A stretch of 64,000 bases of DNA from the IMG/VR virus record IMGVR_UViG_3300008111_000001; one strand, 5' to 3'. A program made the translations under genes and the position numbers. This stretch comes from a virus. A model generated the notes under the pieces. The model was not told the DNA's origin and made no database searches. It saw nothing but the letters and a program-made list of their open reading frames with translations. Below are positions 46,714-55,738 of this stretch, in pieces (position 1 is the stretch's first letter; each line of letters opens with the position of its first letter).

Positions 46714-47883
46714 ATGCCAATTTATGGAATAAAAAATAAAGCTGATATACTAGTCAATGTCTTGAATGGCTTGCAGAAAAATGCAGGCGTATCAGCCGTC
46801 TATCCTGGGTCTATAGCTAGAGCATTTGCAGAAGCTTTTACCAGTGAAGTATCAGATCTTTATGAGGCTTTAAGATTTAACCTAACCCAAGGTGACCTCA
46901 TGACAGCATCAGGCAGGAATCTTGATTTGATAGGCGACCTATATGGAATAACCAGAAGAAACATTAGCGATTATTCTAGTCAAGATCGCGAATCCTTCAA
47001 TATTCAATTCCTTATAGACAAGCCACATAGCTCGGACGTAACAATACCATCCGGAACATTGGTTTACAATGATGTGTCAAATTTTATTACAAAGCAATAT
47101 ACATATAAACTAGCTGGAGATGTAATTATTGGCAAAGGATCAACTAGAGCTTATGGAAGAGTTGATCCAAACTTTACAGATAATGCGTATGTTGCTCCTG
47201 TCGGCACACTAACTAAGCATAACGCTTTTGCTCCAGCTGGGGTAATAGTGTTTTGCTCAAATCCCAAAGAGGTTTACTCTAACACCAGTGCAGAGTCAGA
47301 TACTAATTTCCGAAGAAGAATCATAGCTTCGATAAAAGCAAAAGCTCCGGGCACAGCTGAATCTATCAGATTTGCTGCGTTAGCAGTTAGAGGTGTTAGG
47401 GACGTTAGAATTAGAGAAGGCACATACGGGGTAGGGTCATGCGATGTTATCGTCGTGCCAGAAACTGCTACCGACATGTCAAATCTGCCTCAAAGAGTTA
47501 TGATCGCAGTTAGTGCAGCTAAGCCAATTGGCGTAAGATTTAATGTTAGAATAGCAGAACGAGTTAGTATGAACGTAGAAGCTACTATTACGCTACCGAT
47601 GGGCTTGAGTGAAAATCTTGCTAGTGGCATAAGAAATCAGGCCTCACTGTTTGTGAAAAGATACCTAAATTCATTAACAGTTGGAGATACTGTTTCTATT
47701 TCGGAAATTGAAAGACAAATTAAATTATCATCAGATTATATTCGATCATGTTACATAAGTTCCATGTTAGCAGATGGTTCCAGTCTTCCACTTGTAGATT
47801 TTTCACTAGATACAGTTAAAAGATACCCCGTAGCAGGCGCAATAAACATTAGTTCTGTTATAATGGGTGGAACAAATTATTAA
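46714..47883 (+). CDS. Baseplate J-like wedge protein (T4 gp6 type)
   Basis: GSIARAFAEA, ASGRNLDLIG..YGITR, VTIPSGTLV, ESDTNFRRRI, GT.ESIRFAAL.V.GVRDV, GSCDVIVVP, AKPIGV motifs. Confidence 0.88.
   Translation: MPIYGIKNKADILVNVLNGLQKNAGVSAVYPGSIARAFAEAFTSEVSDLYEALRFNLTQGDLMTASGRNLDLIGDLYGITRRNISDYSSQDRESFNIQFLIDKPHSSDVTIPSGTLVYNDVSNFITKQYTYKLAGDVIIGKGSTRAYGRVDPNFTDNAYVAPVGTLTKHNAFAPAGVIVFCSNPKEVYSNTSAESDTNFRRRIIASIKAKAPGTAESIRFAALAVRGVRDVRIREGTYGVGSCDVIVVPETATDMSNLPQRVMIAVSAAKPIGVRFNVRIAERVSMNVEATITLPMGLSENLASGIRNQASLFVKRYLNSLTVGDTVSISEIERQIKLSSDYIRSCYISSMLADGSSLPLVDFSLDTVKRYPVAGAINISSVIMGGTNY
47856..47864 (+). promoter_or_regulatory. Possible extended -10 promoter TGTTATAAT
   Basis: TGnTATAAT in the 3' end of the J-like gene, about 45 nt before the next start. 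Confidence 0.3.
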
Positions 47884-47912
47884 TTTGTAAATTAATATTT
47901 TAAGGATAATTG

Positions 47913-50900
47913 ATGAAACAGTATTTGTTACTTTTAAAAAGCGGGGACTTTAATAAGTCTGGCAACATATGGACTAGCAATGCTGTAAATCTATATAAGA
48001 ACAATTCTTTCACCAACTATTCTTATGTTAGATCAAGGTATGGCCTTAACGCCATAGGGGACAATACCTATGTTGGCTTAGAATATACTTCTCCGTCATA
48101 TACTGCGGAATTATCAACTCCACTATCCAATAATGCGCTGTATGTTACAGATGTTGGCGAGATTGTTTATGAACAGGCTACGCCTTCTATTCTGAGATTT
48201 GTTGATACTACGTCAAAAATAGACGTATTAGCCTATAAGCACGCCTTTACAAATCTTCCTGGAACCGAGGTTCCAACCTTCAACTTGCAGATGTATGAGT
48301 CTGATTCAGAAAATGGTCCATGGTTAAAATCCATTCTTTCCTTTGATTCAAATGTGATCTTCATAAGAGATTGTAAACCATGGATAAAGATAGAATTAGA
48401 GATATTCACTGAAACTTTGAATACTAGTGATTTAGGTCTATTGTTTTATTTGGAAATTGGCATACATGATCCAGTCCCACCAGTAGCATCTGAGCATGCA
48501 AGAAATATATTAAAGAGATTCCCAACATGGACGGACATGTTTGCAGATTCAGAAAATCCTGCAACCCCATCTTTGTTTGTTCCTAGTTCTACCGCTGGAA
48601 AATTCTTAACAGCGCTTGTCCAGGAGACTCTGGATAATTTTGATAATGAATTAAATCTTTACGACATTAATCATTACATATCGAGCGCAGATGAAAACAT
48701 GCTTGCATGGGCATACGTATCTTATGATGTACCTGTAAACATTCTAAAGGTCTTGGGTGACGATATTCCGCTTATACAAGTAGATAGTTTAGCTTCATTC
48801 CATAGATCTCAGCCAACCGATTATGTATATTATTATAGTCAGGCAAATAAGCAGATAATTTGTATGCGAGAATTTTCTGTATTGAAAATTAATGATATTC
48901 AATATGATCAGCATCCGCTACATGTTCCAAATAACTTTGATGAATTTGGCGCAAGAGTCGGACTCCCTAGACTGCTACTAGAATCAAACGCAAGATACAA
49001 GAAAAGAATCTTAGACGTATCTTTAAACTATCCTGCAGCTCACATAGATGGTTTCAAGAGAACAGTAAGAAGAGAGCTAGATATTTGGAAAGCTTATGGT
49101 CTTGAACCAGATTCTAATTATCTTGGCGCAACTCCAGATGTTATCGAAATCTCTGATATGGAAAAGAGTACCCCATGGTTTACTCCTTCCGGTAAGCCAC
49201 TAAAGCCATTTATTGACCTTATCGAAAGTATTAACGAAAAGTATCCATCAAACATTGGATATGTTCGATGGGAAGAGGGCTACTGGGATTACGGCGGAAT
49301 GGACGGAGAAGGTATTTCTTCAATTCCCGCAATATACGACGTAGAAACAAGCGCGTCTCCGCAGTATTATCAATCAGGTGTTGGCGACTACGCAGACGCT
49401 AAGCTGATATTGGAGGCAGAAGAAAAAGCCACAACGTCTTTTTCTGGTTATGCAAGTATTTCCGGCGTCTATGCAGATGGTATCGAAGAAGTCTATGCTC
49501 CAATTAAAGTCGACTATTCATGGTATGTTTCTTATCTCAAGAGAGTCCCAGACTATGCAGCAGGGCGCAGAAAGTCCGGCGTAACACAGGATGTTGGCGT
49601 TGGTCTAACATATGAATTATCAATGGCTACACACAACTTCTACGCCACGCCATCTACATTTTACGTTAATTTAAATTATTTAGATAGAGATGACTTTTAT
49701 GTAGGAAACAGATTACCAGAAAATCATCCAGCAAGCCCAGAGTATAATCTAATTAGAATATTTAATGACGATGGATATACTCTTTCTGATCTTCAATTCA
49801 AAGATAAGATATACAATAACATTTACTACAATGCCTCTAGTTCGCCTAGCGTAAATACAATTAATTTTGATGACGTAAGTTCTGTAAAAATAGTTTTCTC
49901 TAATGGTGGATGGAACCATGTTACTCAAACATATGACAAGTCTTTGGCTACAGCAAACTACAGAGTAGCTTTTAGTAAGTCTACTCCAAATACAATTTAC
50001 TATACCGATCCTTCCTACATGCAATCAGCCCAGTTGGCATCTCCAAGCCAATTCTCCTATAACGATGCAAACATAAGGATAGGTTCAACTGTATATCAGA
50101 CAAAAGTGCAAAAATTTGATACACAAACAATTACTTCATCATTCTTTTTGAACGAAAATAATAATCTTACTCAATCTGGTACACAGAATTATTCTATGTA
50201 CATAGATGATCTTGTGGATAGAATAATACTTCCCCCTCAGTCAACGCCTCAGTATATTTACATAAATAATATAAAGCCTCTTGGTTTAACATATTTTAAC
50301 GGTGATACTTTAATAAGTGACATTCATGGTGGAGCGGTTATTAATCCAGACGATAATGAAAGATATCTCGTTCCTTCATCCCCAAACATAACATATAAGA
50401 CATATAACTCTTCAGGGGTTGAAATTGCTAGCCCAGATTATTTTGATTCAGCCACTATAAATTACTACGCAACGCCATCATATTTAAGTTTTGAATCAGC
50501 AAGTAATAATTTTTATCCTATTTACTTTACAAAGTACGCCTCGTTTACTTCTCAGACAACACCCCAAATATTTAGTGGCTACATAGATTCTTTGGATAAT
50601 GTTTATGAAAACTCGGAGGCAGCAAACAATCAGTTCTTTAACTCAGATGATTTTCTTAAGAGAATATACTTATCAAAAGATTCTTTTGGTTTGGACCCAC
50701 AAATAGATTACATTATCAAAGATGCCCAATTAATATCTGATACTCAATATATTGAGCCATATGTAAATGATAAAAACTCCTTGATAATAGAACTAAACAA
50801 TGCATTTCTTAATAACGAAAATGCTAATGTTGACGTAAGAATAGCTAGAGATATTCAGGAAGTAGTGCAAAATAATCCAGCAATTCATACTGGCTGGCTA

Positions 50901-52508
50901 TACTTAAACAAAGATGAATATTATGTATATTCTAATCCTGTTACAGATTCTGCTACAGGAAGATTTTTCTCGCTTCCAATTAGTGGCTATCCAAGATCTG
51001 GTTCGCCTATAATAGTTACAGTTGGGGAAGAGCAGTATAGAAATATACTATTTGAAGATGTCGCAACACCTGGCAACGTTGTTTTTAGTAATACAGAAGA
51101 CATTTACGGTAATGTCAGTAATTTTATTTACTTAGCCTATCAAAACGCTGAAAATATATCTGTTACAGATTCTTACACTGGTGTTGTATTATTTGAAAAT
51201 TTGTCAACCTCAACAAATGAGCTGCACTGCTTTAGCGATGCAACTCCGTCCGTGTATGGCAGAAAATATACTGTTAATTACGATGTAAAAAATGCCTGGT
51301 ACGTTGACAAAAATGTATACAACCAGAATACGGAGAGTTATAGTTCGTCAATCTATTTTAGTTCAACTCCAAATACAGATAAAGTATATTCTATTACTTA
51401 CGAATCATCTTTAAATGACAATACTCATCCAATAGATCTTTCGTTAGTTCCATCATCTAACCCAATAGATGAAGGATTTGTTTATGTTTCAAAAACCGAC
51501 TATCCATTTGCTAGCGCAAAAGCAATTTTGTCTCCAACAAGTATTTCTAATTCACAAGATGATTTGATGTATTTGACAATTATTTCTTACGATCAAAACA
51601 ATAACTTTAAGCCAGGCCAAACATTCCACGTTTATGGGGATATAATTTCTGCCACGCCGGCTTATGTTACCACAAATGATAATGGTATAGCTAAAACAAT
51701 AATTCGATACTCTTATAATGGATCCGAGAATTATGAATCAAGTAATTTGTTTGTGTCAGGAATTGGTTCAGCTACTCCAAATGGTGGAATAAATAGTGAG
51801 ACCCAGGGGTATGTGGCATCAGTTCCGTTTAATGTTAATATTTCAGATCCAGAAATCTTAAGATTAAAAGCAGCCCCATCTTCGCTAATTATTAATGCTG
51901 GATCGGATCAGTCTATATCTCTTGTTGGACAAGTTCTTTGGAAAAATCAGCCTTGGGGCAAGATTTTGCGAGTTTCTTGGAACAAAGCAAGAACGTTAAA
52001 AGACCTATTTGCAGCAACTCCTGATTATACAGCTTATACGTCTTCAGATGGCAAACTGGAAATAGCTAATATTGCAACTGCGCAGGATTCTGCAACACCT
52101 GGATACTGGTTTGCTAGAGTTAATATAGCAGATGAAGCAGGCGCTAAGAATATTTTGCTAACAGATCAGGAAATTAATGCTGGTCAAGACGTTACTATAT
52201 CTGGAGACGTGGTTTACTGGTATGAGTCTTATGACACGATTCAATATGATCAAGAATTGAATCCACCACTACCAAATATATATACTTTAAATAAGCAAGA
52301 AAATTCAGAAATTATAGCAACTCCAAACTTTGTTTATAAGCATAGCGATTCTAATACTATTGTTTATAACAGTGCAACACCAAATTGGACACCCCCCAGA
52401 TGGGTGCCATTGAGAAAGTATGATCAGTATCAAATGGGAATTTTTGGCTCAACACCAAACCATATATCTGATTATGAGTTAATTCACCCAGATCATGAGG
52501 AACAGTGA
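47913..52508 (+). CDS. Large baseplate wedge protein (gpI/gp7-like core plus Ig-like domains) with 13 Ala-Thr-Pro motifs
   Basis: NNFDEFGARVGLPRL..ESNARYKKRILD wedge motif; C-terminal invasin/Ig-like segments (VTTNDNGIAK, YTSSDGK); start TTG 47910 or ATG 47913. Confidence 0.6.
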   Translation: MKQYLLLLKSGDFNKSGNIWTSNAVNLYKNNSFTNYSYVRSRYGLNAIGDNTYVGLEYTSPSYTAELSTPLSNNALYVTDVGEIVYEQATPSILRFVDTTSKIDVLAYKHAFTNLPGTEVPTFNLQMYESDSENGPWLKSILSFDSNVIFIRDCKPWIKIELEIFTETLNTSDLGLLFYLEIGIHDPVPPVASEHARNILKRFPTWTDMFADSENPATPSLFVPSSTAGKFLTALVQETLDNFDNELNLYDINHYISSADENMLAWAYVSYDVPVNILKVLGDDIPLIQVDSLASFHRSQPTDYVYYYSQANKQIICMREFSVLKINDIQYDQHPLHVPNNFDEFGARVGLPRLLLESNARYKKRILDVSLNYPAAHIDGFKRTVRRELDIWKAYGLEPDSNYLGATPDVIEISDMEKSTPWFTPSGKPLKPFIDLIESINEKYPSNIGYVRWEEGYWDYGGMDGEGISSIPAIYDVETSASPQYYQSGVGDYADAKLILEAEEKATTSFSGYASISGVYADGIEEVYAPIKVDYSWYVSYLKRVPDYAAGRRKSGVTQDVGVGLTYELSMATHNFYATPSTFYVNLNYLDRDDFYVGNRLPENHPASPEYNLIRIFNDDGYTLSDLQFKDKIYNNIYYNASSSPSVNTINFDDVSSVKIVFSNGGWNHVTQTYDKSLATANYRVAFSKSTPNTIYYTDPSYMQSAQLASPSQFSYNDANIRIGSTVYQTKVQKFDTQTITSSFFLNENNNLTQSGTQNYSMYIDDLVDRIILPPQSTPQYIYINNIKPLGLTYFNGDTLISDIHGGAVINPDDNERYLVPSSPNITYKTYNSSGVEIASPDYFDSATINYYATPSYLSFESASNNFYPIYFTKYASFTSQTTPQIFSGYIDSLDNVYENSEAANNQFFNSDDFLKRIYLSKDSFGLDPQIDYIIKDAQLISDTQYIEPYVNDKNSLIIELNNAFLNNENANVDVRIARDIQEVVQNNPAIHTGWLYLNKDEYYVYSNPVTDSATGRFFSLPISGYPRSGSPIIVTVGEEQYRNILFEDVATPGNVVFSNTEDIYGNVSNFIYLAYQNAENISVTDSYTGVVLFENLSTSTNELHCFSDATPSVYGRKYTVNYDVKNAWYVDKNVYNQNTESYSSSIYFSSTPNTDKVYSITYESSLNDNTHPIDLSLVPSSNPIDEGFVYVSKTDYPFASAKAILSPTSISNSQDDLMYLTIISYDQNNNFKPGQTFHVYGDIISATPAYVTTNDNGIAKTIIRYSYNGSENYESSNLFVSGIGSATPNGGINSETQGYVASVPFNVNISDPEILRLKAAPSSLIINAGSDQSISLVGQVLWKNQPWGKILRVSWNKARTLKDLFAATPDYTAYTSSDGKLEIANIATAQDSATPGYWFARVNIADEAGAKNILLTDQEINAGQDVTISGDVVYWYESYDTIQYDQELNPPLPNIYTLNKQENSEIIATPNFVYKHSDSNTIVYNSATPNWTPPRWVPLRKYDQYQMGIFGSTPNHISDYELIHPDHEEQ

Positions 52509-55500
52509 TGGAAAAGTTTATTAATTTAACAGATTCCAATAATGAAAAGTCAATTAAAATTGGTCAAAATGCACCAAAAGATTCCGCTGTTTTAGCATGG
52601 TTTAATGTAGATCCTATTTCTCCAGAAAAAAATGTTACAATATTTGATTTATCTGGAACAATATTGGAAAATAGAATTCCAATTTCTGGAGAATCAGAGT
52701 TAATGTATGCAGATGAATTTGGCATACTAAGCAGGTCGGACGGCTCTTCTATTCTTTCTGGTAACAATATAAGTGTTAGCAATATATTTACGGATAGAAT
52801 TACATCTTCACAAAAATTAAACGCATCAGAAATAGATAGTGATAATTTTGCACACCATTATTATGTTAGCAGGTATTTTACTGTAGCTCCCGCAGTTTTT
52901 TCGGTAATAACTTTAAACGACTATTTGAATAGCACACGAATTTCTGACATCGGCATCAAAATAATCGACCAGTATGGTAAGGATTATGTCGATCAAGACA
53001 CTAATAAGCCAAAATATAAGATTCTCCTAGAGCCATTTAAAACAGATTATAACGTAAATGATTCTGAGCTACCTTATAAGATTCTTGTATTCTTAGACGC
53101 AACCACGCCTGTTGGACTAAAGTTAATATACAATAAATTTGAAGTTGATGAAAAAGGTAAAAGACATAATCATCAACTTAGATACACTGAAAATATTAAT
53201 TCTGTCCCAATGTTCAAAGAATTGCCAGAAGAATCTTTTGTTATAGATCCCAACTATATTGGTTCAAATACTTTCTCCATAAAAAAGGTAGACAACAGAT
53301 TTGTAAATACATCTGGTCAATCAAATATAGTCAAAAATGGCTACCAAGCTATAGTCCCCAGTAAGGCCATAAAAGATTATAGAACATATGAGGTTTTTAA
53401 TTGGAGGATTGTAGGAAGAGTTAAAAGAGCTCTTAATTTGAGAGAAGTTAACTTTGGAGCCAATAGAACAGTCAATGCTTGTGTGCTATATTCAGGTAGC
53501 GCTTCAGGATCTAATATCAGTCCGTATATAATATACAGATTGCAGAATTCTCCATTTAATTTGTCTAATTTCAATTTTGAAAATCCACTAATCAATACAC
53601 AAAGCAAAAATGCAAAATCACATTGGTTGGTAGATATAGACTCAGTAAGCATACAGGATTTATCTAGGTATGACATTGTCTTTTGGTCGCCAGATTTTTC
53701 AATAACCCCATTGCAAGCTCAAAAAATTAACGACTATATTACAAATAAGTTTGGCACTATCTTTTTAGATCTAAGCAACTGTCCTGACGCTCAAAGACTT
53801 TTTTGTGGCTCGCAATTACAGATGAGCGAGTCAGTATCAGCCAATACTGCGTCAATGAATTCCGATAGCTATCTTATAGATTCAAACAAGAACGGTGGCT
53901 GGGACATTAATGATAATATCTTTGAAAAAGATTATTATGGAGTATTTGGATCCAGATACACAAGGGACCTAAATGCTAAAACATATAAGTATTTTTCAAA
54001 TATTGTCTCTGATAATAGTTTCATTAAAGTGGGACCCACAACAGGATCTCAGCAATCTATAGGTGCCACTATATCATATTCGCCAGCTGTAGATAATCTG
54101 TCAAGAGGAAATGTTATAGCTACCACTTTTCCAGTTATGGAATACTGCAATAAGGTTTATTCATTGTCTGGATCTGAGATTCCAGTAAATGATAATAATG
54201 AGCAGACGCACGTCGGAAATATCGAAACAGAAAATGTTTTACCAGCAATAATAGAGGGGCCATTTAAGTTACTATATAATGCAGTTTCATATGCCTTATA
54301 TTCAAAGGCTAGAGGTCAGCAGTCGAGTTCCACAATATCTTCTCTAACTAATTTCGTAACCGACTGGGGTTCTTCATGGGTCATGTACAGCGACGCTCTA
54401 GATGACTCTGAAAAAAATGATTTTGAAATAACCCCCATTTCACCCTCCACTTCTGTTTATGCTCGTGTTCTTACGAAGAATTCAGCTTCTAACAATACTA
54501 GTATATTCAATTATTTTAAAGAAAAAATGTCATCAAAGTTACCAGCAACACAAGTTGCAATGCTGTCCGAAGTTTCAATTAATGATATAGATTTTTTCAT
54601 TGAAATTACTAATCCTGACGTTTCAATAAAAGACGCAACAAAAATAGATAATAATAATTCTGTAGAAATAAATATACCGTCTTCTTATTCTCTCCATCAG
54701 ATAAATCAACCAACTGGAGATACTGCGCATCCAGCAAACGCATCTTTGTATGCATATACTGTCAAGTATTCTAGGTCTCTTTCTCCAATTTCCGGTATGG
54801 GTCCATATGTATTACTCGAAAGGCCGATTAATAGTTCATCAAATAGGCAGCTTTTAAGTGGATTTAATTCTTCTTCCGGTTTTCATTCCTATTCTTTTAG
54901 ACTAAAATCTTCTTTTGTTTCCTATGAAGGAATAGATCAGCCAACAGTTTTCCAAACTAAACTAAATGGTGAATTAGCTTATGATTTAATGGGAACAATT
55001 AAAAGAACTAGAACTACGGTTATAACACCAGAGCCGGCGCTGAGAACGTTAAAAACTTCCTCCGCTAAATCCGCCATTGATGATTACGGTTTATTGAGAG
55101 CCAAATCTACATCGGAAACATCCAATGTTTTCCCTTATACTGGCGATATTGAAATTCATGGTCAAACCAGAATATGGAAACAAGGGTGGGATTCTTCAGG
55201 AGAGGGCAGTAATAGATTCTTGTCAATTGAAGAAGCTCAAGCAGTTGCTAGCTATTTAGAGTCATTGTATGTTTCTAACTATTATCAGTTAAATCCACCT
55301 ACCATTGTTCAAGTCCCTGACAGGCTTGAGGAAAGGGCAAATGTTGTGCCAACGTCTTCACAGGTGGCAGCTCAAACAATTCCTACAATGACAAGCTCTA
55401 GTGATTTTAGGAATATTTATATAAATTATTATCCAAACAATTATCGAACTTTTATCGGCCCAATTATTACACCTCTGCCAATAGCAGAATGGAAATATTG

Positions 55501-55726
55501 GAAGAAAAACGCAAGTCTTCCTAGTGGAACAAAATACAGTATTGGCGTAGTGATAAAAATGAATAACGATCAATATACTGTTACCGTTTCACAGCAGGAC
55601 AGTGATGGCGACCTTAAGGCCATTCTTGTAAGTTCACGTATGTCTTTAGCTGCGTTGAGAACATACCTTGGACCAAGCATTTCTATACCAGCTGATTTCT
55701 TTTTGGCAAAAGTAAGTAACTTATAG
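52508..55726 (+). CDS. Large baseplate-associated structural protein
   Basis: ORF coupled to the previous gene (GTGATG); beta-rich; YDIVFWSPD Rossmann-like segment; position in the baseplate module. Confidence 0.5.
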   Translation: MEKFINLTDSNNEKSIKIGQNAPKDSAVLAWFNVDPISPEKNVTIFDLSGTILENRIPISGESELMYADEFGILSRSDGSSILSGNNISVSNIFTDRITSSQKLNASEIDSDNFAHHYYVSRYFTVAPAVFSVITLNDYLNSTRISDIGIKIIDQYGKDYVDQDTNKPKYKILLEPFKTDYNVNDSELPYKILVFLDATTPVGLKLIYNKFEVDEKGKRHNHQLRYTENINSVPMFKELPEESFVIDPNYIGSNTFSIKKVDNRFVNTSGQSNIVKNGYQAIVPSKAIKDYRTYEVFNWRIVGRVKRALNLREVNFGANRTVNACVLYSGSASGSNISPYIIYRLQNSPFNLSNFNFENPLINTQSKNAKSHWLVDIDSVSIQDLSRYDIVFWSPDFSITPLQAQKINDYITNKFGTIFLDLSNCPDAQRLFCGSQLQMSESVSANTASMNSDSYLIDSNKNGGWDINDNIFEKDYYGVFGSRYTRDLNAKTYKYFSNIVSDNSFIKVGPTTGSQQSIGATISYSPAVDNLSRGNVIATTFPVMEYCNKVYSLSGSEIPVNDNNEQTHVGNIETENVLPAIIEGPFKLLYNAVSYALYSKARGQQSSSTISSLTNFVTDWGSSWVMYSDALDDSEKNDFEITPISPSTSVYARVLTKNSASNNTSIFNYFKEKMSSKLPATQVAMLSEVSINDIDFFIEITNPDVSIKDATKIDNNNSVEINIPSSYSLHQINQPTGDTAHPANASLYAYTVKYSRSLSPISGMGPYVLLERPINSSSNRQLLSGFNSSSGFHSYSFRLKSSFVSYEGIDQPTVFQTKLNGELAYDLMGTIKRTRTTVITPEPALRTLKTSSAKSAIDDYGLLRAKSTSETSNVFPYTGDIEIHGQTRIWKQGWDSSGEGSNRFLSIEEAQAVASYLESLYVSNYYQLNPPTIVQVPDRLEERANVVPTSSQVAAQTIPTMTSSSDFRNIYINYYPNNYRTFIGPIITPLPIAEWKYWKKNASLPSGTKYSIGVVIKMNNDQYTVTVSQQDSDGDLKAILVSSRMSLAALRTYLGPSISIPADFFLAKVSNL

Positions 55727-55738
55727 TAAGGAAATATT